Positions 24,961 to 38,068 of a stretch of DNA of 64,000 nucleotides are shown one piece after another. Location of the stretch: positions 82,214,001 through 82,278,000 of the forward strand of contig NW_024704742.1 of NCBI RefSeq assembly GCF_018977255.1, given 5' to 3'. Source of the stretch: Callorhinchus milii (taxonomy: Eukaryota). Position 1 is the first letter of the stretch, and every line of letters starts with the position of its first letter. A program made the position numbers and the translations under genes. The notes beneath the pieces were generated by a model that ran no database searches, was not told the DNA's origin, and saw only the letters and a program-made list of their open reading frames with translations.

Positions 24961-26607
24961 TACAAAGCCAAGATCTTGGAGCCTAACATGGTCAGCTGAC
25001 TTTACTTGTTTGAGGCTTCAGTAATTGGCTCACTCTTAACTCTCATTAAATCTTTCCTAGGTTGCTGATCAAACACTTGGTAATTATTACCCGTGAAATA
25101 CTTTGAGCCATTTCAGCATAATAATGTGCTATAAAAAAGCAAGTTCTTTCTTCTATACTGCGGCATTATGGGCTGCTTCTCTCACTGCTGAGAGTACAGT
25201 GCCCCTTATTGTTGAACATTACCTGTGCATATCCACTAATCCAATAAAGGATCAGTTTCACCATTGCTTGTAAAGTGGAAACCTAACCTGAACTGATCTA
25301 TAAAACATCAGGATGGATGCAGAATGCATTAGTGTCTGCTTCTATTCCTATTAGCAGGATACCCATTAATCAGTAAGTCCCGTGTTTACCTTTCCACTGC
25401 TGGAACACTAAATAGGAACACTGCACAGTGAATTCACTTTACAATATATTCTATGAAACATTTGAGATGTACTCAATGACCTGATAAAGCGCTATATCAA
25501 ATGCAAGGATTATTTGCCGTTATTACTTGCCGGGTACAGAAGCCGTTTGTTTACACCTGACCTCTCAGACACCCCAGCACTTAACAGATTGTGCTGAGAG
25601 GATGTTTTTCATTGCTGGCATGATGAGCTGAATGTCTGGCTTCTGTCCTTGTATAATCTCACAAGAAAAAGGCCACTTTGTATGCCCTCGTCCCAATGAT
25701 GTAGGCAGTGTCAGTCTGTGCAAAGTGGATGCAGGCTACTGTGAGTTACATTACTCCTAAGTCTATTACATTTCTTTCTGGTGGTAATATGATAATATAA
25801 AACATAATATGGAAACCAATAATATGATGATAAGGTGCTTTCTCACATGCAAGGATTATTATTAGAATAAGCACCTACAAAATGTTATTACACTTTACAG
25901 TAAATCATGTGAAGCGTTTTGAGGCATCCTCCAGAGGTGAAAGGTGCTGTATCAAATGTAAGGATTATTCTTATTCAGTCATATGAAATATAATAATATG
26001 TAATATGTTGTGTACCACAATAGATCTGTGGAACTCATATTGTTGGTGTGTTCACTTTTTTAATAACATTTTTAATAACATCTCTTCAGTTCCCCCTTCT
26101 CCACAAATTGAATTGACTCTATGTCGATAAAGGTAATATGGTTTACATGCAGTCAATAAAATGTAAACAGTATTGCATTTTACATTGTTGAATGGCCACC
26201 TGAGCTAGGGGTCAGAGATGAGGGGGTTGAGAAGGGGAAAGATGTCCAAATGTGTGGTCAAAGAGGTACCTTTAAATAACCAAGAATACAAAACAGAAAC
26301 TTTAGAAACCAGTAGAGATCAATTGGCATCTGAAATAGAGAGATAGGGTAATGTTCCTTCTGAGCTTTTCATCAAAACTAGGCCTGTCAGTCTGGAGAAC
26401 CTGATCAGCCTAGCTTTATAAGTTGTTTTATTGGTTGTAGGTGAGCAAGAGGAACCGGAAAAAGAAAACAAAGACATCAGAAATGAGCTGAAGGATTTTT
26501 TTACCCACAAGCTAATGACCAAAATGTACAGTCAATGGGTTATTAACAAGTCTATTGAAGGGGGACATCTGAAACATTTGTGAAAAGAAAAAAACACTCT
26601 ATCTCTT

Positions 26608-26985
26608 CAATAATAATAATAATCCAAATAAAGCATTTGGTATAGCACCTTATCCCATCGGAAGGATGTGTCAAAGTGCTTCACAGGATTTATTGTGAAA
26701 TGGACTGACTGTATATTTGTAGGTAAACGTGGGAGCAAAGTCCCACAAACAGGCATGGAGTAAGTGAACAGTTGTAATTGGAGGATTGTTGGCCAGGACA
26801 CCAGGAGAAACTCCCTTCTCTTTTCAAATAGTGCCATGGGATTTTTAAAGTCCACCTGAACAGGCAGACACAACCTCTGTTTAACGTATCATCCAAAGGA
26901 CAGCAGCTCCAACAATGCAACACACCCCAGTGTTGCATTGGAGTGTCATCATAGATTATGAGAGTTCAAATCTTGACATGGGTCT
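26608..26985 (-). mobile_element. Old DeuSINE
   Basis: Deu domain ttggatgatacgttaaacagagg..aaatcccatggcactatttgaa plus tail. Confidence 0.85.
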
Positions 26986-27325
26986 TTCTCCTTCAGATGG
27001 TGGCACGGTGTATCTTTTAATCTGTAGAGAGACTGTAATTCATACAAGCCAGCGGTGCTGTGATTCTAACCTGAGTATCAAATTCCATTGTACCAGAGCA
27101 AACAACACTCTCTTCTATGTGGAATTTCTGATCCGGAATTTAGTACTAACGTATCAACTACTAACTGAAACATGCCGTCTTCATGATTGTTGATATTTTC
27201 CTTGAAGTTATGGTTAAAATATATAGCCCATGATGTGGAATTTCATATGAGAAGTCAAACCTTTTGCACGGTACAGCCTCACAATAAAACAACTGATTTA
27301 TTTTTAGAACGCATTAGTTTATATT

Positions 27326-27700
27326 TGGTGTCAGCTTGGCACAGTGTATAGAAAAATCACACTCTGGGTCTGTGTTTTGGAAGTTGAGCTCCTGGTACAG
27401 GCTGACATTGCAATGGAATACTCTGCAATGTTGGATGGGCTGTCCTACGGCATTGATATAAACTAAATTATATAAGCTAAGGCTTCCTGCCTATTCAGGT
27501 GAATGCTAAAGGTCCCGTGCCCCAATCATTCAGATAAATTGATCATTCAGTTCTTCGCTATTTATGGGTCATTACTGTGTGCAAATTGGCTGCCACATTT
27601 GCCTACAAATACAATCATTAAACTTTACAGCAGTTACTTGTGAACTGTTCTGCAACATTTTCAACAATAGGCTTTGCATCAAATACAATGGATTGTAATT
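27326..27700 (+). mobile_element. Old DeuSINE
   Basis: gtgtcagcttggcacag head, gctaaaggtcccgtg, shared 3' body. Confidence 0.7.
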
Positions 27701-29802
27701 GTAAATTGGTAATTCACCTCATGACTGTTTGTGGGACCTTGCTTTGTACAGAATGCTTTCATGCTTGTCTACTAAGACTACAGTAACTACATTGATAACA
27801 AAAGCATTTGCTGTTAGTATTTCTGACTACTCCCTGTGAGCTTCATGGGTTGGCAGCAGAACAGCAATGCTTCCTTATGTATGTATGTATGAATGAGGCA
27901 ATAACTCATGCTGATTGATGTAAGGGTTACTGAGTCAATATAATTGTGCATTTTTCCAAAGTAGAACCCATGACCCATGTCATTTTGCTGATCCACAAGT
28001 GCAGTACATTATTACATTTTGGCATTAAATCGAACTCTTTAGCGCGTCATTCTGATTTTAAACCCCCAGCGAATCTTTGAGCTGTAATGCATTTCTATTT
28101 CCATGTGCAAAACGTGTGTTTCCTGGTGTCTTGATTGTGCAGCCTACAGTTCTACTCCACAACCATCCTGTAAATAGGGGCCTTTTTATAGTTAGGACAG
28201 GAATTTTCATTGTTAGTATTTTCTGTCACTCTTCCGCATAAAAATTATGTTCACCTACAAAATGCACAGTCATTCCACAATATTTACTGTGACTGTGCTT
28301 TGGGATGTCCTCCTGGCACGAATGGTGCGATATTATATGTGAAAGTGTTTAAATATAATATATATAAATATTTATTAATCATTTTTATAATGAATTCTAG
28401 CTACGCACTGGGTAATATATTTTGCAATTAAAAACAGCACTTCAGGATTATAATTTTGTCACCTTTAAAATGACACAAATGCCATTCATTGAGAAAATTG
28501 AACTGCTGGGTTCAAACCCCCTAAATTAGGCTGCTTCCTCACATAGAAATTAAGGGAAGAAATTAACTCAGTAGAATGCAGTATAAAAATAAATTAAAAG
28601 GGCTTCATCCTCTTAAATTCAAACATTGGTTCCACTGTGTTAAATTATCCTTGATTTTGTGGAGTGCTTTAAACTCATTCACAGTTTTTTTTGGAGTTTC
28701 AATAAGGAACTTTTATTCGATAATTCTTTAAAGAAACACACACACACACACCATATATACCAGACCAATTGTGTCACAATGCAGCAGGAAAAAAATAAGC
28801 CATGATTTGCAGGGCAAGTGGGGTTTAGGGCAGCGGAAATCATTGGCTGTATTTTGATCCTCCATTAGCAGTAATGCTACACAGAGAAAGCGACAGTATT
28901 GATTCACCACTTGAGGCGCCACCAATGCAATCTCATATTTTTTTTGGTGCCACTGTGGCCACAGTCCTATGCTGCCAATGCAGGCACTTTGGATGTAGTT
29001 CCGCAGTTGCTAATTTCAAGGCACTTAATTGAGATAACCGTGCTGTCTCCTCCGCAATCCTGTCAAGGAGAGCACCTCTCCGACATGATTGGATGGCAAA
29101 AATGCTAATCAATATATTTTTAAACTAACGCTAATAAAATATAGTGTTGATAATGACGGTGCATATAATTACACGTTGCGCTAGCAGGTTTACTGGAATA
29201 AAATATAACGTATAAACCGGTGTCAAATCTATAATAGTGCATGGATCATAAAGGAATTGTGTAGCCCTTGAGGCATACGTATTTTGACTGTTCCACTTCA
29301 CACACTATTAGAATTAGGAATCACGATTACAGTAACAATGATATTTGGCTGTGTTTATAATCTTTATATTTCTCAAAGTGAGGGATGGCAGTGCTACAGA
29401 ATGATTAAATATCACATAATTTGCAGCAGGTGTCAGAGTCAAACATTCATGGTTAAGCGCCCTGGGGCACTACCTGCATGAGTGGCGCTATATAAATACA
29501 AGTTGTTGTTGCAGTTGTTGTTGAACTTCCTTCTACTCTGACCCAACAGCACGCTTTACCCCAGTGATAAAAGTGTACCCTCCACTGCACTAATGTGACA
29601 CTTTGTTATCTTTAACCATCTGCAGGAGATTGCCCACTTAGTGCTCATAAAGAAAAAGGGCTGAACTTAACCAAGTTAACTTTCTGCAAGACCTTACAAT
29701 CAACATTTCATCCCATTCTACATCCTATATGTTTGAAGAACCCTACATACCAAGAGTCAATTTAGCCTTACATTTTATCTTTCTTTGCCAGGGGCAGCCC
29801 TT

Positions 29803-30123
29803 TAATAACAATAATAATAATCCTTGCATTTGATATAGCGCTTTTCACGTCGGGAGAACGTCCCAAAGCGCTTCACAGAACACACTGTAAAGTAAATTGA
29901 CTGTATATTTGTGGGCGAACGCAGCAGCCAATTGTGCACAGCAATGTCCCACAAACAGTCGTAGATTGAAAATGGCCAATTTAATTATTGTTTTTGGTTT
30001 TGGAGGGATTATTATTAGGCGTGTGGAGTAAGGAAACTTGCCCAAGGTTTCGCCCTGCCTGGAATTGAACTCAGGCCTCTCACTTGCAAAGCGAGTGCTC
30101 TAACCACTGAGCTACAGGACTCC
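29803..30123 (-). mobile_element. Full-length young SINE
   Basis: Reverse complement of the family consensus. Confidence 0.95.
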
Positions 30124-30454
30124 ACGAGTCCCTCCACGTGTCCCTCTATTGATCTAAAATGCCATATACTTGACTTCATGAATCTCACCATTGAAGGTGG
30201 ATTGAGGAGAGGGCTTGGGGTCCACCTCCGGCACATTGAATGTAATAAATATCCAATGTGCCTATAATCAGCCCCCTGACTCATTTTTCATAAATACCTC
30301 AGGTTTGCCTCTTATAGTATGTAGTATCTTACAACTTACTGTAACTCAGGATATGTTATCGTCCGATCTTATTGATCGATTAACACGTAGTCTAAGATGA
30401 CACTCCAATGCAGTGTTGGATGTGCCGTCCTTCAGCTTTTCTTTTTTTCAATCC

Positions 30455-30925
30455 ATAGTGGATGACCTTGCACTTCTCTACATTGAACTCCATCTGCCAT
30501 AGCTTTGCCCACTCACTTAATCTGTCTAAGTCCCTTCGTACTTCCTACTCCCATCTACATAACTTATTGAACCTCTTAGTTTAGTGTCATTTGCAAACTT
30601 GGATATGAAACTTTCTAGTCCTTCATCCAAGTCATATATATATGGCAAAAAGATGAAGCCCGAGTACAGACTCCTGGGGGACACCACTTGTCACATCCCG
30701 CCAATCAGAGAACATTCCCTTTATCCCTACTCTCTGTTTCCTGCCTCCCAACCAATTACCAAGCCACATCACAAGGTTACCTCCAACTTCATGTGCTTCC
30801 ATTTTTGCTAGTAATCTTTTGTGTGGAACCTTATCAAATACCTTCTGAAAGTCCATATAAACAGCATGCGTAGACACTGTCTTATCTACCATTTTAGTGA
30901 CCTCCTCAAAAAAAGATATCAGGAA
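30455..30925 (-). mobile_element. CR1 RT fragment
   Basis: ORF 30632..30928: VYMDFQKVFDKVPHKRLL..VTSGVPQESVLG. Confidence 0.9.
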
Positions 30926-31784
30926 CATAAGAGCAAAGCGTCTTCTCCATCAGAACCTGGTGCTCACCTTTCCATGCATTTAAACATTTGCGATCTCAGA
31001 ACTGTTAGTTCCAATCTATAATTAGTTTTGGATGAGGGTAGCAATTGGTATTTTTGTGTATACAAACACCTCTGTAGTTAACTGGTCAAAAAGATAAGAC
31101 ACCAGTGATTAGATACAGCAAAGAAAGCAAACTGTATTTGAGGAAAGAAAAAGAGGCATGTCTGTAACCAATTTATAGCCCATTAATATGCAGTGAGCTT
31201 AAAATTGGGATATTTTACAAGGCAGGCTTAAACACACAAGCAGGATATGTGCATCCTCCTTGGGTTTGCAACCGGTTATCAGCAAACTAGCAAACGTCAA
31301 TCCAAGTGTGTTCTATTACGGAAATGGCACTTGTGGGTTAATGAGGTACTCGAGTCTCTGCCAGGTGGAGCTTCCGGATTTATTATTTAACAGAATATCC
31401 TAATAATGTAATTGTACTTGGTGTATTTTTAATCCTGGTGGGATACAGGAGAAATAAAAAAACCTAGTGAAAATAGTCAAGGAAAAGCTGAGGAAAGGGT
31501 ACGTAATCTTCTTGAGAAATCTGATTGTTTTCTGGGAGTGTTGATACCATGAGAGCATAATTACTGCACTTTTCACCTATATAAGGTTTTGAATCATTTA
31601 TAGAGTCTGATGCTTTATTTAGCTTGTGTGCCGGACAACATGAAACCGGTTTGCTGCATGGTTCATTGCTTTCCATTGTTTCAGAGAATGACAGAACATA
31701 TACAGGGGCCTGTTTAAACCAGCTGAGAGCTCCTACAATATCCCTAGTGATTAAAAGACATTGCCCGGTGCAACAATAGACTAT

Positions 31785-32055
31785 ACTCCATCTGGCTGGA
31801 AGGTGAATGCTAAAGATCCCATGGCACAATTCAAAAAGAGAAGGAAGTTTCTCCCAGTGTCCTGGCCAAACATTCCCCAAATAAAATTGGTCATTCATTT
31901 CATGGCTGTTTGTGGGACATTGTTGTGTGCAAATAGGCTGCCTCATTGGTTGGTAAAACACAGTCACTTCACTTTACACTATCTGCTGTGAAGCACTATG
32001 AGACATGCTCCTGATGTGAAGGGGCTATGCCAAATGTACGGATTATTTTTATTAG
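31785..32055 (+). mobile_element. DeuSINE 3' part
   Basis: gctaaagatcccatggcac..gtgtcctggccaa..ctgtttgtgggac..tail. Confidence 0.85.
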
Positions 32056-32084
32056 TAGTAGTAGTCGTAGTATATAACGAAGAC

Positions 32085-32485
32085 GATTGCGAGGTTGAAT
32101 CCCAGTTGGTGCTGAGGAAACTGATTTTAAAACAGTGCAGCGATTGGCCCCGACAGTTGAGATCAGTACTCCTGGGTTAGAAGGGTGGAAATCAATCATG
32201 TTTCTTTCTGCTGAGTGCAATCCAGAGCCCCCTGCAGGAGGCTGTGTGTGTGTGTGTGGTGGGTGGGTATGGGGGGTTATTAGGTAAATTCAAGGATGAG
32301 AGTCCACTTTGAATTATCCTATGGTCGGAGTTCTTGCCAAACCTCATTGTCATGGCTCACACATGGACAGTAGTTTCTTATGTGAGTAGGACATTTTGCA
32401 GGGCATCCTAGAGTCTGTGGGATTCTTCTTTTGTTGAAGGAAAAAAATGAGTCCAACACCTTCAGAGGAGGGAGAAAAACTGGAA
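32085..32485 (+). mobile_element. Ancient SINE-like element, family not assigned
   Basis: Degenerate B-box-like start, shares ggaaatcaatca segment with the reverse complement of 16440-16520, ends ccttcagaggagggagaaaa. Confidence 0.45.
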
Positions 32486-33349
32486 TAAAGAATTAGCAGC
32501 CAGTTTGTTGCGAATTGCATTCCAATCAGTTATTTTTTAATCTGGGTTGTAGTGACGTACTTTTAATACTCCTTGCATTTGATATAGCTACTTAATTACG
32601 GCATTGAAACATTTTAAAGCGCTTCCTTCACAGGATTTACTGTAAAGTGGTTGTGTATTTGTAGGCAAGTGCGGCAGCCAATTTGAGCACAGCAATGTAT
32701 AGAGAGAGCACTGTGGTTTTCATTGAAATCAGAGTCTGAATAACTTAACTCTGGATATATTTGGCTTGAATGCAAATTTACAAGAAATGTAAAGAAACCT
32801 TTGAATGTACTTCAGTTAATATATATATGTTTGCTTGTAATTCTCGGTCTAATGTCCGTGGATTCTGACAAATGTGCATTTTTGATACAACAGCACAGAC
32901 TAGTGGTGAGAAATAGAAATAATAACAGACAAAAAAACAAACTAAAAGTCTGGCAGCCACATTCTTGATTGTTTAAAACCAGTACGGACTGGGAAAGTGT
33001 TCAGTTGTGTTATAGGGACAGTCAAAGGACCAAATTTTTCTGGGTCAAATAGATGAGAGCAAATACTTTATCAAGTAACAGAATGATTAAATGATGAGAA
33101 GAGTGCAGTATTTCTCGCTTGTTAGTAGATCTATTGAGAGCAGCATTAAGAGTGCACGTCTGTACCTATATTACAAGTTTGTAAATACATTAAGAAATAA
33201 CAACGGGCAGTACTAGGCAAAATACATAACCAGTGAGTTTGAAGTAGAACAGGAATAACACTGACTTGGATTACCAAATAAAAGTGTATTTATTGTGACA
33301 TGCTTTGTGTTTTTGGAATGATAGATAAAATATGTTGTGGTTTCCATCT

Positions 33350-33600
33350 GAATAGTGGTGCCAAGGTTTGCACACTCTGGGGTCCCCAAGCCTTGGCTCC
33401 TGCCAACCTCTGCCTTATACTTTCCAAAAGTATGTAAGCAGGATGTGTACCTCCAGAGAGAGAGAGCGCATTCCAACAATCTGTCTCTGGAATTTCCATG
33501 TGTAAGTGGGATGTATGGAATTCTTAGTTTTGTTTGGATACTCATATACATACTGATGGGAGTTTCTGCACATGTCAAATACCCGGCTTGCCAAAAAATA
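33350..33600 (-). repeat. Unclassified ~250-bp repeat (copy 2)
   Basis: Reverse complement gagtatccaaacaaaact..acacatggaaattccagagacagattgttggaatg matches 14755-14828. Confidence 0.85.
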
Positions 33601-35429
33601 AGGTTCTTAGTGTATTGACTAGCTGCAATTGCCTAGTTGTTTCATTTGTAAAACATTAGGGATGTCATAACTGGGTACAAATTGCAGTAGAGCTCAGCAG
33701 GTTCCCTGTGCTAATTAAGACGAGATGTGTGTCAAGGATTACTACAATTTATGTCCAATATTACCTGAATATTAAAAAGCAGGTTTGCACGGGAGAGTGT
33801 TATAAATTGTGTTTAAACAAGACAATGCCTTTTCTTTTGAAAATATTTTGCCATCTCAGTCACTTGTCTTGCAAAAAATGCAAAATTACTGAATGGTAAG
33901 CAGCAGCTATTTATGATTGGGGAAAGAAACAGAGGTAAAATAAAATAGCCTTTTGATCATCTTATACCAGGAGTTTTTTTTTAATGTTTTTTGTGCTTTT
34001 ATTTTACCGACCTTATAAAAGACCTGAAATCTCTTCCCCTCCTGCTCTCATCAACAACAGTAGCACCCTCCTCCCTACCTGCTCAGAACAGAGAAAACTT
34101 CAACCAAGGTGCTTTAGATAGTCAGAGGTAACACGATTAATCCAGGAGAATTGGGTAATCAATAGGGAGCAAGCGAACAATCCAGTCCTCAAAAATGAAT
34201 GAATCCAGTAATTGTCCCTTTTATTGAGCTGCTCACTTTAAACACACTATACACCACAGACATTGGATCATCTACCTGTCTATTCGGACAATGGGCCTGA
34301 CTTGTTCCTACAAGGTGTTGAGCTCTGCACTCAACTAAATGACGCACAAGACTCCAAACCCAATTTAATGGGCGCCATGCATCACTTGATCTGCTGAGGT
34401 GCACAATTTCTTTCCAATCAAGTAGAGTAATGGGCCAATCCTGATCCAACTAGATATTTGAATGTTACTTAGTTCATTTAGTTATTGAAAACTTATTGAA
34501 TAAAGTATTGCAGGCTGTGTCCAATTTAACTGCACTTCAGTGGACCTGTAACTGAATCTGTGAAGTTTTACACTTTATCGAAATCCAGTCTGTTTGTCAG
34601 GAATGGTTTGGATTCCACCATTGATCACAGCAGTGACACCAGTAGATTGACAGACAGGGGGGAGGGTTCTGTTGGGTAGCATCTGTTTCTATTCTGCTTG
34701 ATCATGAATAAGGAAATAGGAAGACCAGGTTTTTCTGAATGGGGAAAACTGTAACAACGGTGACCCCCTGAATGGAAGTCCAAGAATGTAGTGTTAGAGA
34801 CAAAGAGCACCTATGAATGGGTTCCAGTGCAATGGCAGAGTCACAGGATTCCCTGAATGAGACACCCTGAGCTCTGTTACACAATGCCTTTACATTAGAC
34901 TTTGTCCTCAGTAGAGCAATTGTTGAATGCTGGATTTGGGACTGGAAACCTCTTGTGGATCCACACAACTCTTTGCGTTGTTAAATAAGCACCATATTTA
35001 AATATATCTTTTGGCAAAGCAGAGGGGAAGAGTGGAGGATGCAAATGGGGTGGTCTGTCTCTAAGAATAACCCTCTGATTATCTGGCAGGACCAGTGATG
35101 AGGTAAAAAGATTGTGTAACCCCTTCATTCAAGGGTTGGCCCACAGAGTGGAGGTTTCTCACTGGCTTGTGTTTTGCCTGGAACCTGGGTTGCTTGCAGG
35201 CTGTCTGAGCTCAATTACTTGGCTTCTGCCTTCTAATGAATTAAAGTTAAACTGTTTAACAACTATAGATTATAAATCAGTGAAGTATATTTGCTGGGGT
35301 GTGGTGACCCCTTTTGTACTACAGCACAGGAAGGGATATTGTTTTGTAGAAAAGTGAAGTGCTGAAGGGATTTGGATTAATTACCTTTAAACACTGTTTT
35401 GACCATGTGGTAATCATATAATACATTGG

Positions 35430-36388
35430 TTCCCTCTCTCCCCTCGTTCAACACATGTCTTAAGACCTCTTCTTCTTTAAACTTGGTTTCAGTTACCATT
35501 CCCTTCCCAACCCCCTTCAGCTCTCACCAGCCAGCTCGGGTACCCAGATAGAAATGTCAAACACTTTGGGATATCCTCTCAATGTGGTAGCTGCTGTATA
35601 AATGCAAATTGTATTGTATTCAATCCACCCGCCTCACCATTGGCGGGAGAGCCTTCAGCCACTCTGCCCCACAACCTCTGGAATTCCATCCCCCAATCAC
35701 TCCACCTCGCCCCCTCCTTAGCTTCCTTCATGTCCCGCCTCAAAACCTCTTTGACCATGCCATTGGCCATCCCCCTTCCCCTCACCTCCCTTCTCTCTCC
35801 CTGACCCCAGTTTGGGTATGAAATGCTGTACACTGTCCAGTGCCTTGGGAGGTCCTCCCGACGTGAAAGGCGCTATACAAATGTAATCACCAGGCTTCGG
35901 GACCACATCACTCCCACCCTCGCTCACCTCCACTGGCTCCCCATCCCCCAGAGGATTGATTTCAAGATCCTCATCCTCATCTACAAGGCCATTCACGGTC
36001 TTGCTCCCTCCTACCTCTCCGACCTACTATTCCCCTACCTACCTGCCCATACCCTCCGTTCCTCTGGCTCCGGTTTGCTCCACATCCCCCGCCCCAACCG
36101 CCCTACCATCGGCGGCCGGGCCTTCAGCCCCGAGGCTCTGGAACTCTATCCCCCAGTGCCTTCGCCTTGCCTCCTCCCTTTTCTCCTTCAAGGCCGGTCT
36201 CAAGACCTTTCTCTTTGACCGTGCCTTCAGCTCCCCTCTCGACTCTCTACCCCTCCTCGCTCCCTCCCTTCCCTCCACTCACCCTGACCATTTCCCCCTT
36301 GCTCGGGTCCTGACCCAACTGTACAGCGCCTTGGGACGTCCTCCCAATGTGAAAGGCGCTCTATAAATGTAATCTTGTGGTTGTTATT
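35430..36388 (+). mobile_element. Three stacked L2 3' ends (about 35430-35620, 35624-35888, 35889-36388)
   Basis: Three successive L2 tails; the last encodes TRLRDHITPTLAHLHWLPIPQRIDFKIL. Confidence 0.88.
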
Positions 36389-37435
36389 CTATGTCCCACC
36401 CTGAACCACGAATGTAATGGTTGTTCATAAGATTACATTCTCAGCAGCAGAATCAAACAACTTCATAGGTGCAATAGCTCTATAGTTTTGTTATAGAAAG
36501 GCTTACAGATTTGAATTTTAATTAAGCAGCAACATAGAAAAATGCAGTTGGTAGATTATTGTTTAAACAAACACATGTTTGCAATATCTAACCTAATAGT
36601 GTGAACAAATGGCTATCTTGGTGTGAAAAGGACCCATAGTACCATGTGTAGCTATGGTAGTTTGACATTTAAATTGGTCTATCACCTTGAGTTATCTCTT
36701 GGAAAATTGATTGTGAAAGGACACAAAGCTTGGAATTGGGATGAGTTCATTCCTGTGTATGTGCTCTTATCAGCCAGAAGCATTGAATTAAGAAGATGCA
36801 GCACACATGCTGGTTGTTAGTGAGTTGGCTTTGGTACTGCCTGGATGTTGTGGAGGAAGTAATGTACAGAGCTGATGGAAGGACCAGATGTCATTCCTGC
36901 GTGCATGCTGTTAGACATCATAATTTCAAATGCATGGCAGGGAAAATGAATAAATAACTTCACGTGTAAAGGGCTGCTGTGGGTGAGAGATAATCCAGGA
37001 GAACAGTTCAAATCACTATCATTTTCCAGTTGATTATGGTCATTATGCATTTTTTAAAAAAAGGATCTTACTCCAAGTTCTGAAGGTCAAAAAATGATTC
37101 TGTGGACAAATACTTGCTTATCTGCCGAGCATCAGTCCATGAAATAGGTTACGGCTCATATTGGGATATGAGAGGAATGCTGAACGAATGACTTAGCCAG
37201 TGAATATAAACACAACGTAATTTGTTGTGTTGCTTCACATTGAACCAAGTTACTTGGGTTGTACTTGGAGAAATAGATCTTTTTTTTAAAACAAAAATCC
37301 ATATTGCTACCTCAGCGCAATTTCAGTAATTATCAGACCGCTGACAATGTGCATTGAAGAGCAGATGAATTTCACATGTGAATCATTGGGTTTTATTTGT
37401 GTATGGGAACACAGAGAGCTGAGAAGTAGTTTTAA

Positions 37436-38068
37436 AGGAACAAAATGAGAAATCACTGGGAACACTCAGCAGGTCAGGCAGAATCTATGGAGAAAGTAAA
37501 GTGAGTTAATGTTTCGGGTCCACTACCCTTCATCAGAACTGGGGCATTTGGGAAGGGGGAGAGGCTTTTAAGGGATAACAGAGAGTGGGGAGGCAGGGCA
37601 AGGAAGAAAATGAGATAGAGGACAGGGAATGATGGGTTAAAGAGGTGTTAATTATGCAAAACAAAGGGGGGATTGCAACAAAGCAGGGGAATAGAGGTAT
37701 TAATAATAATACAAAACAAAATTGGGGGGGAGTGAGGTGGGGGGAATGCAACAAAATAGGCAGACCAGAGAGAGAACCGGTGTGTCTGGGACCCAGATGA
37801 TGTGGAAATGGTCACAGAAGAGGGGGAGGGGGAAGGTATTGAAATCAATATTGAGGCCAGAGGGCTGTAACAGCTCACCTTCCCCCTCCCCCTCTTCTGT
37901 GATCATTTCGGTCCCTATCAGATAAATGGTTCCTCGAGCTTGCGCTGTGACTCATTGGAACAAAGTAGGAGACCATGGATGGAGAGGTCAGAGAGTGAGT
38001 GGGAAGGAGTGTTGGAAGTAGTTTTAAAGTGCTTGAATTATTATTTCTAATGAACAGCAACTGGGAGA
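37436..38068 (-). mobile_element. Penelope-like element 3' fragment (GIY-YIG C-terminus plus terminal repeat)
   Basis: Minus-strand translation gives LPVAVH..SHSLSDLSIHGLLLCSNESQRKLEEP..LQPSGLNIDFNTF, typical of the PLE endonuclease end, followed by a hammerhead motif. Confidence 0.8.
37504..37540 (-). ncRNA. Minimal type I hammerhead ribozyme motif
   Basis: AGUU-CUGAUGA-A-GGGU(AGUGG)ACCC-GAAAC-AUU-AACU: core, stem I and stem II intact; palindromic stem III has a G>A change. Confidence 0.7.

Noticed and set aside
28905..28921. CTCF-like motif caccacttgaggcgcca
   Set aside because: One base short of the core spacing and lacks the conserved AG.
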